From Escherichia phage vB_ESM-pEJ01, in sequence record OP114734.1: DNA of 64,000 bases, one strand, 5' to 3'. The position numbers and the translations under genes were made by a program. Below the pieces are notes generated by a model. It was not told where the DNA came from and did not search any database. It saw nothing but the letters and a program-made list of their open reading frames with translations. Positions within the stretch are counted from its first letter, which is position 1; every line of letters begins with the position of its first letter. This document shows positions 18,793 to 29,198 of the stretch, piece by piece.

Positions 18793-19371
18793 TTACCACC
18801 TTTCTATAATCTTTTTAAGTCGTTTCCTTTCTGTCTGATTCTTAGTAACACCCGCCAAAAGTTCATCGGTCGCATACGGTTTAATGTGCTTCAATAACTT
18901 GTCCATATATCCCTTTTCATTAGCCAAATCGAGATAAAACCGGGCGTCATCCATATTTACACAATATGCTTTCGCCACTGCCATTAAAACCAATTTTTGG
19001 TCCAATTCTTCTGTTAGTTTAGCCCATTTACCGTATCGTTTCCCCTTAGAAATACTCTGTAAGAGATAATCAAAATGCATTTGATCTGGGAGGCCATGAC
19101 CGATTAAATTCATCACATACGCGCTATATAGGCAATCTGCGTGCTGGGAAAGAGCGGTGTTAATCCATCTCTGGTTATATGCAGAATTGTTTCCCACATT
19201 AACGCGCTGTTTATCTAAGGTGATATGATCCATCAGAGCAAATAATGCATTGTCGGTTTTCTCGGTGAATGTATCCGCTAATTCAGACACCTTTTCCCAA
19301 TCACGAGAACGCCATGCAATTTCATGCTCGTTTAATTGTGTATCATCTTCACCGAAAAATTGACCTAACAT
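18793..19371 (-). CDS. 62: clamp-loader subunit gp62
   Basis: QLNEHEIAW...RYGKWAKL match remembered T4 gp62; start overlaps gene 44 stop (TAATG). Confidence 0.85.
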   Translation of the reverse strand: MLGQFFGEDDTQLNEHEIAWRSRDWEKVSELADTFTEKTDNALFALMDHITLDKQRVNVGNNSAYNQRWINTALSQHADCLYSAYVMNLIGHGLPDQMHFDYLLQSISKGKRYGKWAKLTEELDQKLVLMAVAKAYCVNMDDARFYLDLANEKGYMDKLLKHIKPYATDELLAGVTKNQTERKRLKKIIERW

Positions 19372-20345
19372 TATACGAACTCCAATTCAACCATTAATTG
19401 CATTAACAAAAAGACAATGTGAATCTCTTTATCAGCCGCGTGCGCAAACATCTGATTATTTTCACCGATAATCTCGGTCAGACGAATAATAGAAGCTGGC
19501 TTAACTTGAGTATACAACTCATTATAAAGTTTCTTGACAAATTGAGCGTATGTATTGGTATAGCGTGGTGCGAGTTTACGCACATTAGCAAACTGTTTAG
19601 TTTTAAGTGCTTCCACCACATCGGTTACTTCGGTATTGCTACTTTCGATAACCATGCTCAATACGCCAGCATCAATTTTACCATGTTTAGCGTAGCGGTC
19701 CAAAAGTTTCATTACGCGTCGGAAGTCTGGGAAGTTCTGCTTAACCAATTCCGCTAATACGCGCATTTCTTCTACTGGCACACCTTCTTTATCAAGAATT
19801 GCTTTACACCGGACGATCATTTCTTTCATCATGCGAAGCTGATCATCTTTAGTCGGAGATCCAAACGTGATGGGGTCAAATCGAGATCGTAACGCTGGGA
19901 TAATACCTTCTAGATCGTTTGCTGTGATAATGAATGTCACGTTGTTTGAGTATGCCTCAGAGAAACTACGCAAGTGTCTTTGAGCATCAGCTAGCCCCGC
20001 TCGGTCATACTCATCGATAATAACAACTTTGCCTTTTTCTCGTTTTTCTTCATCGAGTGATACACTCTGCGCAAAGCGTGTAATCTCATCGCGGATAAAA
20101 TCAATCTTACAATCTGCGCCGTTAACAAACAGATAATCAACACCCACATCTTCGCAAAGCGCCTTAGCAACGGTTGTTTTACCAGTACCCGGCGATGGGC
20201 TATGCAGTATCATAGAAGGGATTCGGCCTTGCTTAACAATCTGCGCGAAGATCTTTTTATCTGCTTCCGGCAGAATACATTCAGAAATTGATTTCGGACG
20301 GTATTTCTGTTCCCACTGAAACTCATTTTCATTAACACTCAGCAT
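19371..20345 (-). CDS. 44: clamp-loader ATPase gp44 (AAA+)
   Basis: LHSPSPGTGKTTVAKAL, IIDEYDR, NFPDFRR match remembered T4 gp44; start set to ATG at 20345 (MLSVNE...), track begins at upstream GTG. Confidence 0.93.
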   Translation of the reverse strand: MLSVNENEFQWEQKYRPKSISECILPEADKKIFAQIVKQGRIPSMILHSPSPGTGKTTVAKALCEDVGVDYLFVNGADCKIDFIRDEITRFAQSVSLDEEKREKGKVVIIDEYDRAGLADAQRHLRSFSEAYSNNVTFIITANDLEGIIPALRSRFDPITFGSPTKDDQLRMMKEMIVRCKAILDKEGVPVEEMRVLAELVKQNFPDFRRVMKLLDRYAKHGKIDAGVLSMVIESSNTEVTDVVEALKTKQFANVRKLAPRYTNTYAQFVKKLYNELYTQVKPASIIRLTEIIGENNQMFAHAADKEIHIVFLLMQLMVELEFV

Positions 20346-20410
20346 ATAATCACCTCTCACAAATTACATCATTAAAACGGGGAGTATTTACACTCCCCAC
20401 AAACATTATA

Positions 20411-21097
20411 TTAGTCGGTGTAGCTGGAGTCAAGGTCACACGCGATCATATAAGATACGGTTTCACTTGCCAGCCATACAGCCTTACGGCGAGTGAAGCT
20501 CAGTTTGTAATCGCCGAAGTCAGTAGCAACCAGTTTCATGTTATCTTTACGAATAAAGAAATGGAAGTCTGCGGTTCCGGTATATTCGCCCATATCAAGA
20601 CAAAACATCTCATTCGGATTATTTTTGTCAATCTCTTCCCAGCCTTTGATCATCAGACGACCATCAATCGGAAGAAATTCAAGGCGATCCACTTTAAGCT
20701 GATTGCTCATTTTCATAAGCTGTTTCAGATCGTCGTTGCTCAGTTCGTAATCTACATCGCTTGCAGGTGGAGTAACTCGGCCTTTCGGTGATACGATAGC
20801 AGCAGCACTAGCACCAGGATAATTAATTTTCAGACGATCATTAGACACACGAATGTTTCCGGTGCGGTCATCAACCGTAATATCTGCTTCATCGCCTACC
20901 AGATTCAGAATACCCAGGAAAGAGTTAAGATCATAGATCCCAATTTCGTGTTCCAGTTCTTGATTCAGAGTCGCTTCACCATATACAACGTTTGTCATGT
21001 TTTTGGTGATCAGGACGTTTCCTTTTTTCAGGATGATACCTGGGTTAATAGCGGAAAAGTTTTTCAGGGTAGCAATGGTTTCTTTAGTCAGTTTCAT
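20411..21097 (-). CDS. 45: sliding clamp gp45
   Basis: MKLTKETIATLKNF...IYDLNSFLGIL resembles T4 gp45 N-terminus; rest divergent; start at ATG 21097 with AAGGTGA SD. Confidence 0.8.
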   Translation of the reverse strand: MKLTKETIATLKNFSAINPGIILKKGNVLITKNMTNVVYGEATLNQELEHEIGIYDLNSFLGILNLVGDEADITVDDRTGNIRVSNDRLKINYPGASAAAIVSPKGRVTPPASDVDYELSNDDLKQLMKMSNQLKVDRLEFLPIDGRLMIKGWEEIDKNNPNEMFCLDMGEYTGTADFHFFIRKDNMKLVATDFGDYKLSFTRRKAVWLASETVSYMIACDLDSSYTD

Positions 21098-21127
21098 CAA
21101 ATCACCTTTATCATGTTAATCAATTAA

Positions 21128-21526
21128 TTACGGGTTTACTGCGTGTTCGTTACGAATCTTGAGCATTTTGTTTTGAAAGTTTTCCGCAGCTTGCTCATCA
21201 ATAGCATGAGTATACTTAAATCCAATGTATGCTGTCAAGTATTGTTGCAGAGCATAGACAGTAACAGGATTCTTTGCGGTCTTCTTGCCTTCGAGATATA
21301 TCAGATCACCACGAACATCAAACGCAAGTTTACGACGAATCACATTATCAACAAACTCATCAACAACAAAATGCCAAATGTTGCTATCGGTTCCAATATC
21401 AAAATTAATCACAAATCCTTGTTTGACATAATCAAACGGTATCGGGAATAGTTTATAGTCAAGTTCGATAAACATTAATTGTTCTTTTAGGCTCATACGT
21501 TTCATTCTATCACTTCCCATCAGCAA
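21128..21526 (-). CDS. hypothetical protein at the T4 rpbA position
   Basis: 132-aa ORF immediately downstream of gene 45 as rpbA in T4; identity not verified. Confidence 0.5.
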   Translation of the reverse strand: MLMGSDRMKRMSLKEQLMFIELDYKLFPIPFDYVKQGFVINFDIGTDSNIWHFVVDEFVDNVIRRKLAFDVRGDLIYLEGKKTAKNPVTVYALQQYLTAYIGFKYTHAIDEQAAENFQNKMLKIRNEHAVNP

Positions 21527-21902
21527 TTGCGATCAGACGAGTTACTACTACGCTAGCGGCTTCAATCAGCAGTTCATCAGTGTCAATCTGATAACCTTTT
21601 TCGAGAATATCTTTACCTCGAATAGTTTTAGCGCCTTTAGCAATTGAATCATCGTAATACTTGCGCATTGCAGCGATCCATTCTTTTTGCACCATATCAT
21701 CAATATGCGCGTACAGTTCAAAGCGTGCTTGCTGCGGGATAACCTTCATTTTAGCTTTCTCGCTTTCTGGCATTTGTAGTACCCACGCTTTACGGATCTT
21801 GTTCATTGCTCGGTCAAATTCGAGGCTGGTTTTCTTGTTCTGAATGTCTGCTACAGTAATTTTAGCCAGGTTTGCGGAAGTAGTCATAATATTAATCTCC
21901 AA
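21510..21902 (-). CDS. hypothetical protein (130 aa)
   Basis: ORF track. Confidence 0.5.
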   Translation of the reverse strand: MEINIMTTSANLAKITVADIQNKKTSLEFDRAMNKIRKAWVLQMPESEKAKMKVIPQQARFELYAHIDDMVQKEWIAAMRKYYDDSIAKGAKTIRGKDILEKGYQIDTDELLIEAASVVVTRLIAIADGK

Positions 21903-21917
21903 AATAAAATCAGTATA

Positions 21918-22148
21918 TCACGTTCTAAAGTTTGTTGCAACCCCAGCATCAGGGTAATCAAGTTTATCAAAGTTGGGGACCAGCATAAACTCATGATGAC
22001 GACAAGACAACATTTTTGTTATGTCTGCATCGCTGTATATGCTGTTTTTCATATCCCCCATACTAACTACATATTCTTCACCGGAATATAGATTGATTAA
22101 GGTATACAATTCTAACTCCGGCTGCGTTACTCTGTCAAATGTTAACAT
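21918..22148 (-). CDS. hypothetical protein (76 aa)
   Basis: ORF track. Confidence 0.45.
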   Translation of the reverse strand: MLTFDRVTQPELELYTLINLYSGEEYVVSMGDMKNSIYSDADITKMLSCRHHEFMLVPNFDKLDYPDAGVATNFRT

Positions 22149-23817
22149 TCATTTCAGTGAATCGCCCACGTTTAACCATCTTGAGATGACGGCTAAAATC
22201 ATCAGGGTTATGGTCACGATGGCTGATAATATACACGTTATCATCTAACTTGTCAATGATGGAATCAAGTGCTTTTACGCCTTGAACGTCCGTAGCCCCA
22301 TCATAAATTTCGTCGAGTACCAACAAAGAAATATTAGTACCAGATACTTTACCAGCAACATCACGCCATGTAAAGAGCATCGCAAGGTCAATACGTGCCT
22401 TTTCGCCTTGACTGAACGATGTATACGAAAACGATTCACGCCCCCGTGATTTGATTGTTTCGTTAAACTCTTCATCTAGCGTAAAGATATAATCCGCTTC
22501 CATGATATCAAGATAATACGCAATCCGATCATTGAAATATGGAATATATTTCTTGACGATAGACGCCTTAACACCGGAATCCTTCAACATTTCTGTTACA
22601 AATCCACGGTGATATTTTTCAAGAACTAGCTTTGATTTTTCATTAGTAATCTCTACCAGTTCGTGTTCCAGTTTAGCAAGTTCTTCGGAATTGTCAACCC
22701 TTTCTTTTTGTAATTCCTGAATTGCTTTCTGGATCTGTTTAGCCCGACCTACAGATGCCGTTAAATTCGCTCTCTGTGACTCTATAGCGCGTTTAATTTC
22801 CAAGACCTTAGTTTGTGCTGTCTGGAAAGAATTGGCTTTCTCTGCGTATTCTACGCGTTTCTCGTCAATCAGAGACAGTTTATGTTCCGCTTGTGCTTTT
22901 TGTTCGCGTACAGCCTGATCATTACCCTGAATGATCGGTTGTGTGCACGTAGGACAGATCCCGCCTTTCTCATGCATATGAATAACACGGTCAAAGTTCT
23001 GGATCTGCGCACCAATCTGTGCGATAGCCGTATTAATTTTAGCCAATGCCGCGCTAGGATCTTCCGGCATAACAACAGCCAATAGCTCATCGGTCAAGCG
23101 CGTTTCTTCGGCTTTAAACGCTTTAGCTGATTCTACTTCTTTCTCGTACATATTCTGCAAACGCTGTAGATTCTCGGCACTCGCCTTGCTAGCGTCTTCT
23201 ATGTACTTTTTATGAGTGTTGATTTGTTGCTGAACGTGATTAGCTTTCATTTCCTGCATTTGGATATTCTGGGTAATCTCGCGCACATACGCTTTATTCA
23301 GTTTATCCATTTCGCCTAGCGTAGCAATATCAAGCAAATCCTCAACCAGTTTACGGCGACCCGCTGCCGGAAGACTCATAAACGGAACATAACCAGCAGT
23401 ACCTAAAACAACGATCTGTTTAAAGCTGGCTAGGTTCATGCCTATGATACCTTCAAAATATTCCTGAAAGTCTTTGGTGCTTGCGCTCTCGTCGATCTTT
23501 TGACCGTCGCGATGCACTTCGAATACTTCCGGTTTTTGACCACGTTTGATATAAAACTCTTTCCCGTCCAGTTCAAACCAGACTTCGACTAACAGTTTCT
23601 TTTTGTTGACGCTGTTAATCAATTGGCCTTTCTTGATACTACGAAACGGTTTACCGAACAACACAAAGCAAAGCGCCTCGATCATTGTTGATTTACCAGC
23701 ACCGTTAACACCAGTGATTAGTGTCTTTTTGAATCCGTCTAGCTGAATCTCAACAGGTTCAGCACCCACGCTCATTATATTTTGATAGCGCAAGGTTTTA
23801 AAATTTAACTTTGCCAT
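22135..23817 (-). CDS. 46: recombination endonuclease subunit gp46 (Rad50/SbcC-like ATPase)
   Basis: KTLITGVNGAGKSTMIEAL, GGICPTC zinc hook, C-terminal LLVLDEIYDG match remembered T4 gp46; start at ATG 23817 with GGAG SD (track starts at TTG 23832). Confidence 0.92.
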   Translation of the reverse strand: MAKLNFKTLRYQNIMSVGAEPVEIQLDGFKKTLITGVNGAGKSTMIEALCFVLFGKPFRSIKKGQLINSVNKKKLLVEVWFELDGKEFYIKRGQKPEVFEVHRDGQKIDESASTKDFQEYFEGIIGMNLASFKQIVVLGTAGYVPFMSLPAAGRRKLVEDLLDIATLGEMDKLNKAYVREITQNIQMQEMKANHVQQQINTHKKYIEDASKASAENLQRLQNMYEKEVESAKAFKAEETRLTDELLAVVMPEDPSAALAKINTAIAQIGAQIQNFDRVIHMHEKGGICPTCTQPIIQGNDQAVREQKAQAEHKLSLIDEKRVEYAEKANSFQTAQTKVLEIKRAIESQRANLTASVGRAKQIQKAIQELQKERVDNSEELAKLEHELVEITNEKSKLVLEKYHRGFVTEMLKDSGVKASIVKKYIPYFNDRIAYYLDIMEADYIFTLDEEFNETIKSRGRESFSYTSFSQGEKARIDLAMLFTWRDVAGKVSGTNISLLVLDEIYDGATDVQGVKALDSIIDKLDDNVYIISHRDHNPDDFSRHLKMVKRGRFTEMNVNI

Positions 23818-24061
23818 TAATCCACTCCGCAATCACACATTCCATAATATTAAATGCTAACACATCTTCATCAATATTGTAAACACTTGCCGCCTTCACT
23901 TTAACTAATGTGTCTCTGCGATCTGGCAACATGATCACATAATCCAGTGTCGCAGGATCATATGTCATAAAGGGATCAACATAAATCCCTTTATTCAATG
24001 CCAGATATTCGCGAAGACCTTCTATAACCCTGTGTCTAAGGTAGGTCATCGATAGAATCAT
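23798..24061 (-). CDS. hypothetical protein (87 aa)
   Basis: ORF track. Confidence 0.45.
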   Translation of the reverse strand: MILSMTYLRHRVIEGLREYLALNKGIYVDPFMTYDPATLDYVIMLPDRRDTLVKVKAASVYNIDEDVLAFNIMECVIAEWINGKVKF

Positions 24062-24654
24062 TTTAGTTTATGTTCCTCTAAAAATTCTTCAATTTCACCT
24101 TGCAGGTCTTCCGCTTGTTGTTCCAGAATATCGCGAAATTCACCTACAGTCAAGCGATAATCACACTTCACCAGTCGATGTGGGAGAATATACCCTTTAT
24201 ACATCGTCTCTGACGCTTCCAGGAATACCCCACTATGCATGACAGAGATCCAACCTGTTAGCGTCAATGGAGTATTCGGAAAATAATACTTGCTGGATTG
24301 TTTCCACTGGACGAAAGCACCATATACAATCGGATTATATTCACCAACCACACTCTTAATAATGGATTCTACTTTGTCTTTTACAAAGTCGCCAATGCCC
24401 ATAGTCACCATCAACTCTTGTGGGTGAATCACTTTAAGGTAACGACGGTAGCCGTCATCATACCACAGCTTAACCACTGGATGGCCCCACATTTTAGCAA
24501 TACGCGCTTTCAGATAACCATAGATCGGATTCTTGTAATATGATTGTTTTATTGTGTATGCGTGCACCAATTCAATAAAATATTCCATTGCTATCGAATC
24601 AGGATCAGCCGCGACCATAGTCGTATTCATAATATGTTCCTCGTTCAATTTCAT
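24058..24654 (-). CDS. hypothetical protein (198 aa or shorter)
   Basis: ORF track; overlaps upstream ORF by 50 nt so true start may be an internal ATG (24630 or 24618). Confidence 0.5.
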   Translation of the reverse strand: MKLNEEHIMNTTMVAADPDSIAMEYFIELVHAYTIKQSYYKNPIYGYLKARIAKMWGHPVVKLWYDDGYRRYLKVIHPQELMVTMGIGDFVKDKVESIIKSVVGEYNPIVYGAFVQWKQSSKYYFPNTPLTLTGWISVMHSGVFLEASETMYKGYILPHRLVKCDYRLTVGEFRDILEQQAEDLQGEIEEFLEEHKLK

Positions 24655-24925
24655 ATTGTTTCAGGTCTTCTAAAAGTTCATCCACTGCTTGTTTCAGCAC
24701 ATGACGCAGCGTAAAGTAATAGCTTTCATCAAATTCTATTTCCGCGCGAGGAATAGAGCGAAACTTACACTTAACAGTAGTATCGGTGAGTCGCTTTTCG
24801 ACCATCATCCGAACTTCTTCATGCTCTTTGGAATACCATACATCAACGGAGATTCCCTTACGGCGAGCGAACATAGGCAACGCTGCATTAAATTCCATTA
24901 CTTTTTGTGTAAGTGTTTTCATCAT
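24605..24925 (-). CDS. hypothetical protein (106 aa)
   Basis: ORF track. Confidence 0.45.
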   Translation of the reverse strand: MMKTLTQKVMEFNAALPMFARRKGISVDVWYSKEHEEVRMMVEKRLTDTTVKCKFRSIPRAEIEFDESYYFTLRHVLKQAVDELLEDLKQYEIERGTYYEYDYGRG

Positions 24926-25182
24926 ACAGACCCCATAGATCCACGCGCAATAACATTCTGGGTAATATCAGCAACCTTACGGGATACGATGTTTGTTAGC
25001 CCCTCTTTGGTGATATTTTCACGATCAAATGGGATTTCGTCATGAGTCCACAAACCATAGTTAGACCGAAATGATAGCATATACTGACCATCTCGCACAA
25101 CCTCAAATACATGGATCTTAGTGAATTTCGATAAACCTTCGTTGATTTCTTTCAGTGCATTAGTAATCATAACAACCTCCAA
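24922..25182 (-). CDS. hypothetical protein (86 aa)
   Basis: ORF track. Confidence 0.45.
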   Translation of the reverse strand: MEVVMITNALKEINEGLSKFTKIHVFEVVRDGQYMLSFRSNYGLWTHDEIPFDRENITKEGLTNIVSRKVADITQNVIARGSMGSV

Positions 25183-25224
25183 TCAATTTTTAGAGAGTAT
25201 AACGGGGATTTCTCCCCGCGTCAA

Positions 25225-26250
25225 CTAACTTTTTGCGTTATTTACTTCGGCTAAAAGTTCATCAGAAATACGCTTGACCGCCGCAAGTTCTTCCGGTTCT
25301 AGGTTTTGTTCTTCCAGATATTCATAGACCATCTGAATAGTGCTTTTAACTTCAATAACACCTGTTTCCTGTGATGCGCTACTCTCCAGTTTATGGACCA
25401 CCTTTAGCTTGTGTACAACGGCCTCTAACGCGCTTTCTAACTTAGTTAACCCATTATCAGCGACCGTTGCGATAAGACGCACACTAAGCCCTTTAAAGCG
25501 TTCGACATCGATTTTATCGTCTGACGGGTAAGTGATACGCACATGATAAGTTTTGTCATTCTGAATAAACTCTTTTTTGTGTGTATCGGTATCGAATACC
25601 CAAAAACCACGCGGATCGTTTTCGTCACCCGCCGTTAGTGTGTATGGTGTACCAATATACGTTACGTTACCGCCATCACTGATAGTATGAAAGTGACCCG
25701 AAAACACTTCACGGTATTTCTTGAGGAAGTCCGCGCTATAACCTTCGGATTTTAGCCCTTTATAGAAATAGTAACCGGACAATTCCCAATGGCCTACACA
25801 ATATTCGCTGAATGAGTTTTGAATAAACTCTAAAATCTCTGATTTATTGTCATCACAAAACCACGGGAACAGATCAAATGATACACCATCAAAGGTAACT
25901 GTTTCCGGTTTATCGATAACCTTAATGCAATCATACTGGCTTAACACTTCACGCGGTGCGTTAGGCTGGATCTTGTTTCGTTTAAACATATCATGATTCC
26001 CGACCGTGGTATAACAAGTAATATCAGCCTCTTCCAGTAACGGGATGACCTTAGTACGGTTAAATTTCATGGTTTCATGGGTAATTGCTTTTCGGCAATC
26101 AAACCAATCCCCTGTTTGAATCCATGTCTTAATATTATGCTCTTTGGAGTATTCAACCGCTTTCTTGATGGTATCAAGAATATACTCATGCACCCACGGA
26201 TCATCGCCACCGATACCAGTATGCAGATCACCTAAAAGCAAAATTTTCAT
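25225..26250 (-). CDS. 47: recombination endonuclease subunit gp47 (Mre11/SbcD-like)
   Basis: MKILLLGDLHTG, GNHDM, GHFH phosphoesterase motifs; GAGGAAG SD. Confidence 0.92.
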   Translation of the reverse strand: MKILLLGDLHTGIGGDDPWVHEYILDTIKKAVEYSKEHNIKTWIQTGDWFDCRKAITHETMKFNRTKVIPLLEEADITCYTTVGNHDMFKRNKIQPNAPREVLSQYDCIKVIDKPETVTFDGVSFDLFPWFCDDNKSEILEFIQNSFSEYCVGHWELSGYYFYKGLKSEGYSADFLKKYREVFSGHFHTISDGGNVTYIGTPYTLTAGDENDPRGFWVFDTDTHKKEFIQNDKTYHVRITYPSDDKIDVERFKGLSVRLIATVADNGLTKLESALEAVVHKLKVVHKLESSASQETGVIEVKSTIQMVYEYLEEQNLEPEELAAVKRISDELLAEVNNAKS

Positions 26251-26302
26251 AGTCTCTTCCTCTCTTCGTTTTCGATGCTCTCACTATATCACAGAAAAAT
26301 AA

Positions 26303-26318
26303 AAAGGGAAACCCCTTT
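26303..26318 (-). terminator. putative rho-independent terminator (aaaggg/cccttt hairpin plus U-run)
   Basis: Hairpin followed on minus transcript by UUAUUUUUC; just 3' of ORF 26341..26628. Confidence 0.35.
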
Positions 26319-26340
26319 CAGAGTCTCCCTTATAAAGCCA

Positions 26341-26628
26341 TTACAGCATACTTAATACCGTTTGCCGTGTACTAATCCACATAGCAGAAAGCAGTTCTGG
26401 CGTGTGTGGCTGTTTGTAGATATCACGTAATTTTCCGATAGCGTAGATATACGCATCACGATTATCATCGATGATAGCTTGTTCAGCCCACCGCTTAAGG
26501 CGTGCAATCTCTCGCGAGTTCTTACGCAAGATCTTTTCCGCTTTCTTAGCGGCTTTAGCCTCTAGTTCTGCTTGTACTTTGTCTACTTCATTCACTGCAA
26601 TCTGGTCATGCTGTTCATCGTAAGTCAT
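26341..26628 (-). CDS. hypothetical protein (95 aa)
   Basis: ORF track. Confidence 0.5.
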   Translation of the reverse strand: MTYDEQHDQIAVNEVDKVQAELEAKAAKKAEKILRKNSREIARLKRWAEQAIIDDNRDAYIYAIGKLRDIYKQPHTPELLSAMWISTRQTVLSML

Positions 26629-26629
26629 G

Positions 26630-26863
26630 TTATTTTCCTTCTGGGATATAGTCGATGATTAAAGAAAATTCATCTTCTGATACATTATAGCTATGTGAGA
26701 TTGTACCCGTAAAGACCTCAAGATCCGGTGATTTGATATTGCACGGATCGATAATCACCGGAACGCCGCAATCTCTCAAAAATAATTTGGCGAAATACGG
26801 CACGAGGTCAGTTTCAAACTCTGCTTCTTCCAGCAAACGGGAAATGTTAATTTTCAATCTCAT
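26630..26863 (-). CDS. hypothetical protein (77 aa)
   Basis: ORF track. Confidence 0.45.
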   Translation of the reverse strand: MRLKINISRLLEEAEFETDLVPYFAKLFLRDCGVPVIIDPCNIKSPDLEVFTGTISHSYNVSEDEFSLIIDYIPEGK

Positions 26864-27380
26864 AAAATTGGTCCAGGCTAGGCAATTCCTCGGTCAATAC
26901 ATCTTCAACCTTTGGCGCTTTCGGTTTATTGACCGATTCCTCGTAGTTGTTGATTTTATCGTAAATGTCCTGTATGAATGCCTCATCAGCAATCTGGCAC
27001 ATATCAGCGTCGCGTTCGTCATATACATGATGCACAAAATATTTGTATTTTGCGGCTGTCGCTGTTCTCTCTTTTTTAATGCGCTGTACAAAAGCATTAA
27101 AGCACGCTTGCGTGATGTAAGCATGAGGATTTTTATACTTTGTCTCGTCAAAATTAATCAAACCCTTGACCGCCGCTTCGATTCCGTCGTCGATCATTTC
27201 TTCGCGCCATGTTTGACTATAACCAGAAAAGTTAAAACGACGTGATAGATTTTTAGAGATTTGCATAATTGCTAGGCCGATTTGATCGCTCATTGGAACT
27301 TGCCGACCTTCTGCTGCAATTTGTTGTTTCCAACGGCAAATTTCTTCGTAAAGCTCTTTATTGTTTACATAATCAGACAC
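26847..27380 (-). CDS. 55: late-transcription sigma factor gp55
   Basis: [50 protein letters not shown] match remembered T4 gp55. Confidence 0.9.
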   Translation of the reverse strand: MSDYVNNKELYEEICRWKQQIAAEGRQVPMSDQIGLAIMQISKNLSRRFNFSGYSQTWREEMIDDGIEAAVKGLINFDETKYKNPHAYITQACFNAFVQRIKKERTATAAKYKYFVHHVYDERDADMCQIADEAFIQDIYDKINNYEESVNKPKAPKVEDVLTEELPSLDQFYEIEN

Positions 27381-27420
27381 TTCGCACCCTCGCTATTATT
27401 TAGGAAATAACCCTTTCGGG

Positions 27421-28890
27421 CTATTCCCCATTGCCATTATACTTTCTTTGCTTAGTTATCCACACTCTAACCATCTCTACTGATTCACCGTCAGACGGAT
27501 CAAGAGTTTTTCCTTTTTTCTTCATGCGGTACTTAAATCCGTTAAATCTTGCATTCTCTTGCTCGTTAAAGTCGAACATCTTTTTAAATGATTTTCGCCC
27601 TTTACGCTCACCACATTCTAGCGGAATCATTCGGTCTGTTATTACATTGGCATTAGGTAGAAACGTTTTTAGATAATCCACCAACGCCCAATCAGGAACA
27701 TATAGATTAACATTCTCCTTGCTCTCGTTGTCTCTCAGGTTACAACGCAAACATAATTGAAATGCTGGTTCCAGATAATCAGACACATGACGCGCTTTCA
27801 AAAACTCATTTGTCGGGAGATCACAACTATTAGCAAGACCTTTTAAAATATCAATCTCCCATCGTTGAGGGTTAAAGCTGAACATCACAGCAACATTTTT
27901 ATGATGAATGTAAGAGTTAAGACCATAAGATCCGTAAGGTATCCGCTCACCAATACCATTTGTACACGCTTCACGGTCCCGATTCACGGTATAAATGAAG
28001 TCATCACCACATTCATTTTTAACCATATCAACAAGACGTTCAAAGGTATTGTTTGTTTCTGACTGGTGACGCGACCATCGTTCGGAGTCCGTCATGAGGA
28101 TGATATTAACTCTATCTGTATTTTTATACTCTTTGAAATATAGTCGGGATTCTAGCGCACTCGGAACAAAATCGCAATTTTCATAGTATCGTAGATACTT
28201 CCCGCTATATGTATCAAAGAGATTTGCACATGCTATCGTAACCTTTTTAAAGTCTCCCCACGTACCGTGTTTGTTATCGTTCAAGAAAACAATTTTCGAC
28301 CCGTTCTTCCGGTGTCCTTCGTTATGTTTTACCATAACGTTGATTTTCTTCTCTAATAACGCCTCATAAAGCCCTCTAAGAGAAGAATCGATCATATCAG
28401 TACCATCCTTTGCACTTTCTATCTTTTCTTTGATAGCGGCCTTCTCAGAGTCTTTTAGAACTAAGTTCTGTAGGCATTCCGATTCGTCGGCGATTGGTTC
28501 GCAATGCTTCGTGATAAGTTCAAGATTAGACTTAAACGGATACTCATTAAATTCAACCAGTTGAGGAACTTCATCAATGTAAAGAGCATATTCACCAAAC
28601 ATTTTTGAACGTTCCATATTAGATAACGCTGTATGTGTAATGAATATCACATCAGCACCATCTTTAACTGATTGCATTATCGACGCTTGCACTGTCTTAA
28701 GGCTTCTTAGTCTTGTGCTATCAATCAAGACAGCACGACCGCCCATTCTTTTAAACTTATTGTAAGATTGTTCACTTAAAACACGAGATGGCGAAGCAAT
28801 AACCGCTTTTTCTTTTGTCTCTAGGACGTGGGAAAGTATAGCATCAGTTTTCCCCGCCGCTGGCAATGCGATTAATGTTTCAATCTTCAT
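27421..28890 (-). CDS. P-loop NTPase of unknown function (489 aa)
   Basis: Walker A LPAAGKT near N-terminus; candidate Walker B ALYIDEV about 95 aa later; large unassigned C-terminal region; sits where T4 carries alpha-gt. Confidence 0.6.
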   Translation of the reverse strand: MKIETLIALPAAGKTDAILSHVLETKEKAVIASPSRVLSEQSYNKFKRMGGRAVLIDSTRLRSLKTVQASIMQSVKDGADVIFITHTALSNMERSKMFGEYALYIDEVPQLVEFNEYPFKSNLELITKHCEPIADESECLQNLVLKDSEKAAIKEKIESAKDGTDMIDSSLRGLYEALLEKKINVMVKHNEGHRKNGSKIVFLNDNKHGTWGDFKKVTIACANLFDTYSGKYLRYYENCDFVPSALESRLYFKEYKNTDRVNIILMTDSERWSRHQSETNNTFERLVDMVKNECGDDFIYTVNRDREACTNGIGERIPYGSYGLNSYIHHKNVAVMFSFNPQRWEIDILKGLANSCDLPTNEFLKARHVSDYLEPAFQLCLRCNLRDNESKENVNLYVPDWALVDYLKTFLPNANVITDRMIPLECGERKGRKSFKKMFDFNEQENARFNGFKYRMKKKGKTLDPSDGESVEMVRVWITKQRKYNGNGE

Positions 28891-29177
28891 TAGAAACCCT
28901 TACGTCGTGCTTTCTGGCATTTCTTGATCATTTTATCAGAAATTTCGCGCTTAGGTGCAATCTCTTTCACACCGAAAGCACTAATGCCAAATTCAGAGAG
29001 AATATATTCAACTAACAATTCACGCACACGCGCTTTACCGATATTCACGCCGTTATTTTTCAGATATGTCTGACCTTCGACTTGCATCAGATCTAAATCT
29101 GCGTCGGTAATATTGATTTCTTCCATGCGCCCAAATCGAGAATAAACCATGTGTGCGATTGCATTGTGTACTAACAT
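28890..29177 (-). CDS. hypothetical protein (about 95 aa)
   Basis: Track ORF 28890..29195 begins at TTG; ATG at 29177 has GAGGA SD. Confidence 0.5.
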   Translation of the reverse strand: MLVHNAIAHMVYSRFGRMEEINITDADLDLMQVEGQTYLKNNGVNIGKARVRELLVEYILSEFGISAFGVKEIAPKREISDKMIKKCQKARRKGF

Positions 29178-29198
29178 AATATATTCCTCACTCAAGAA

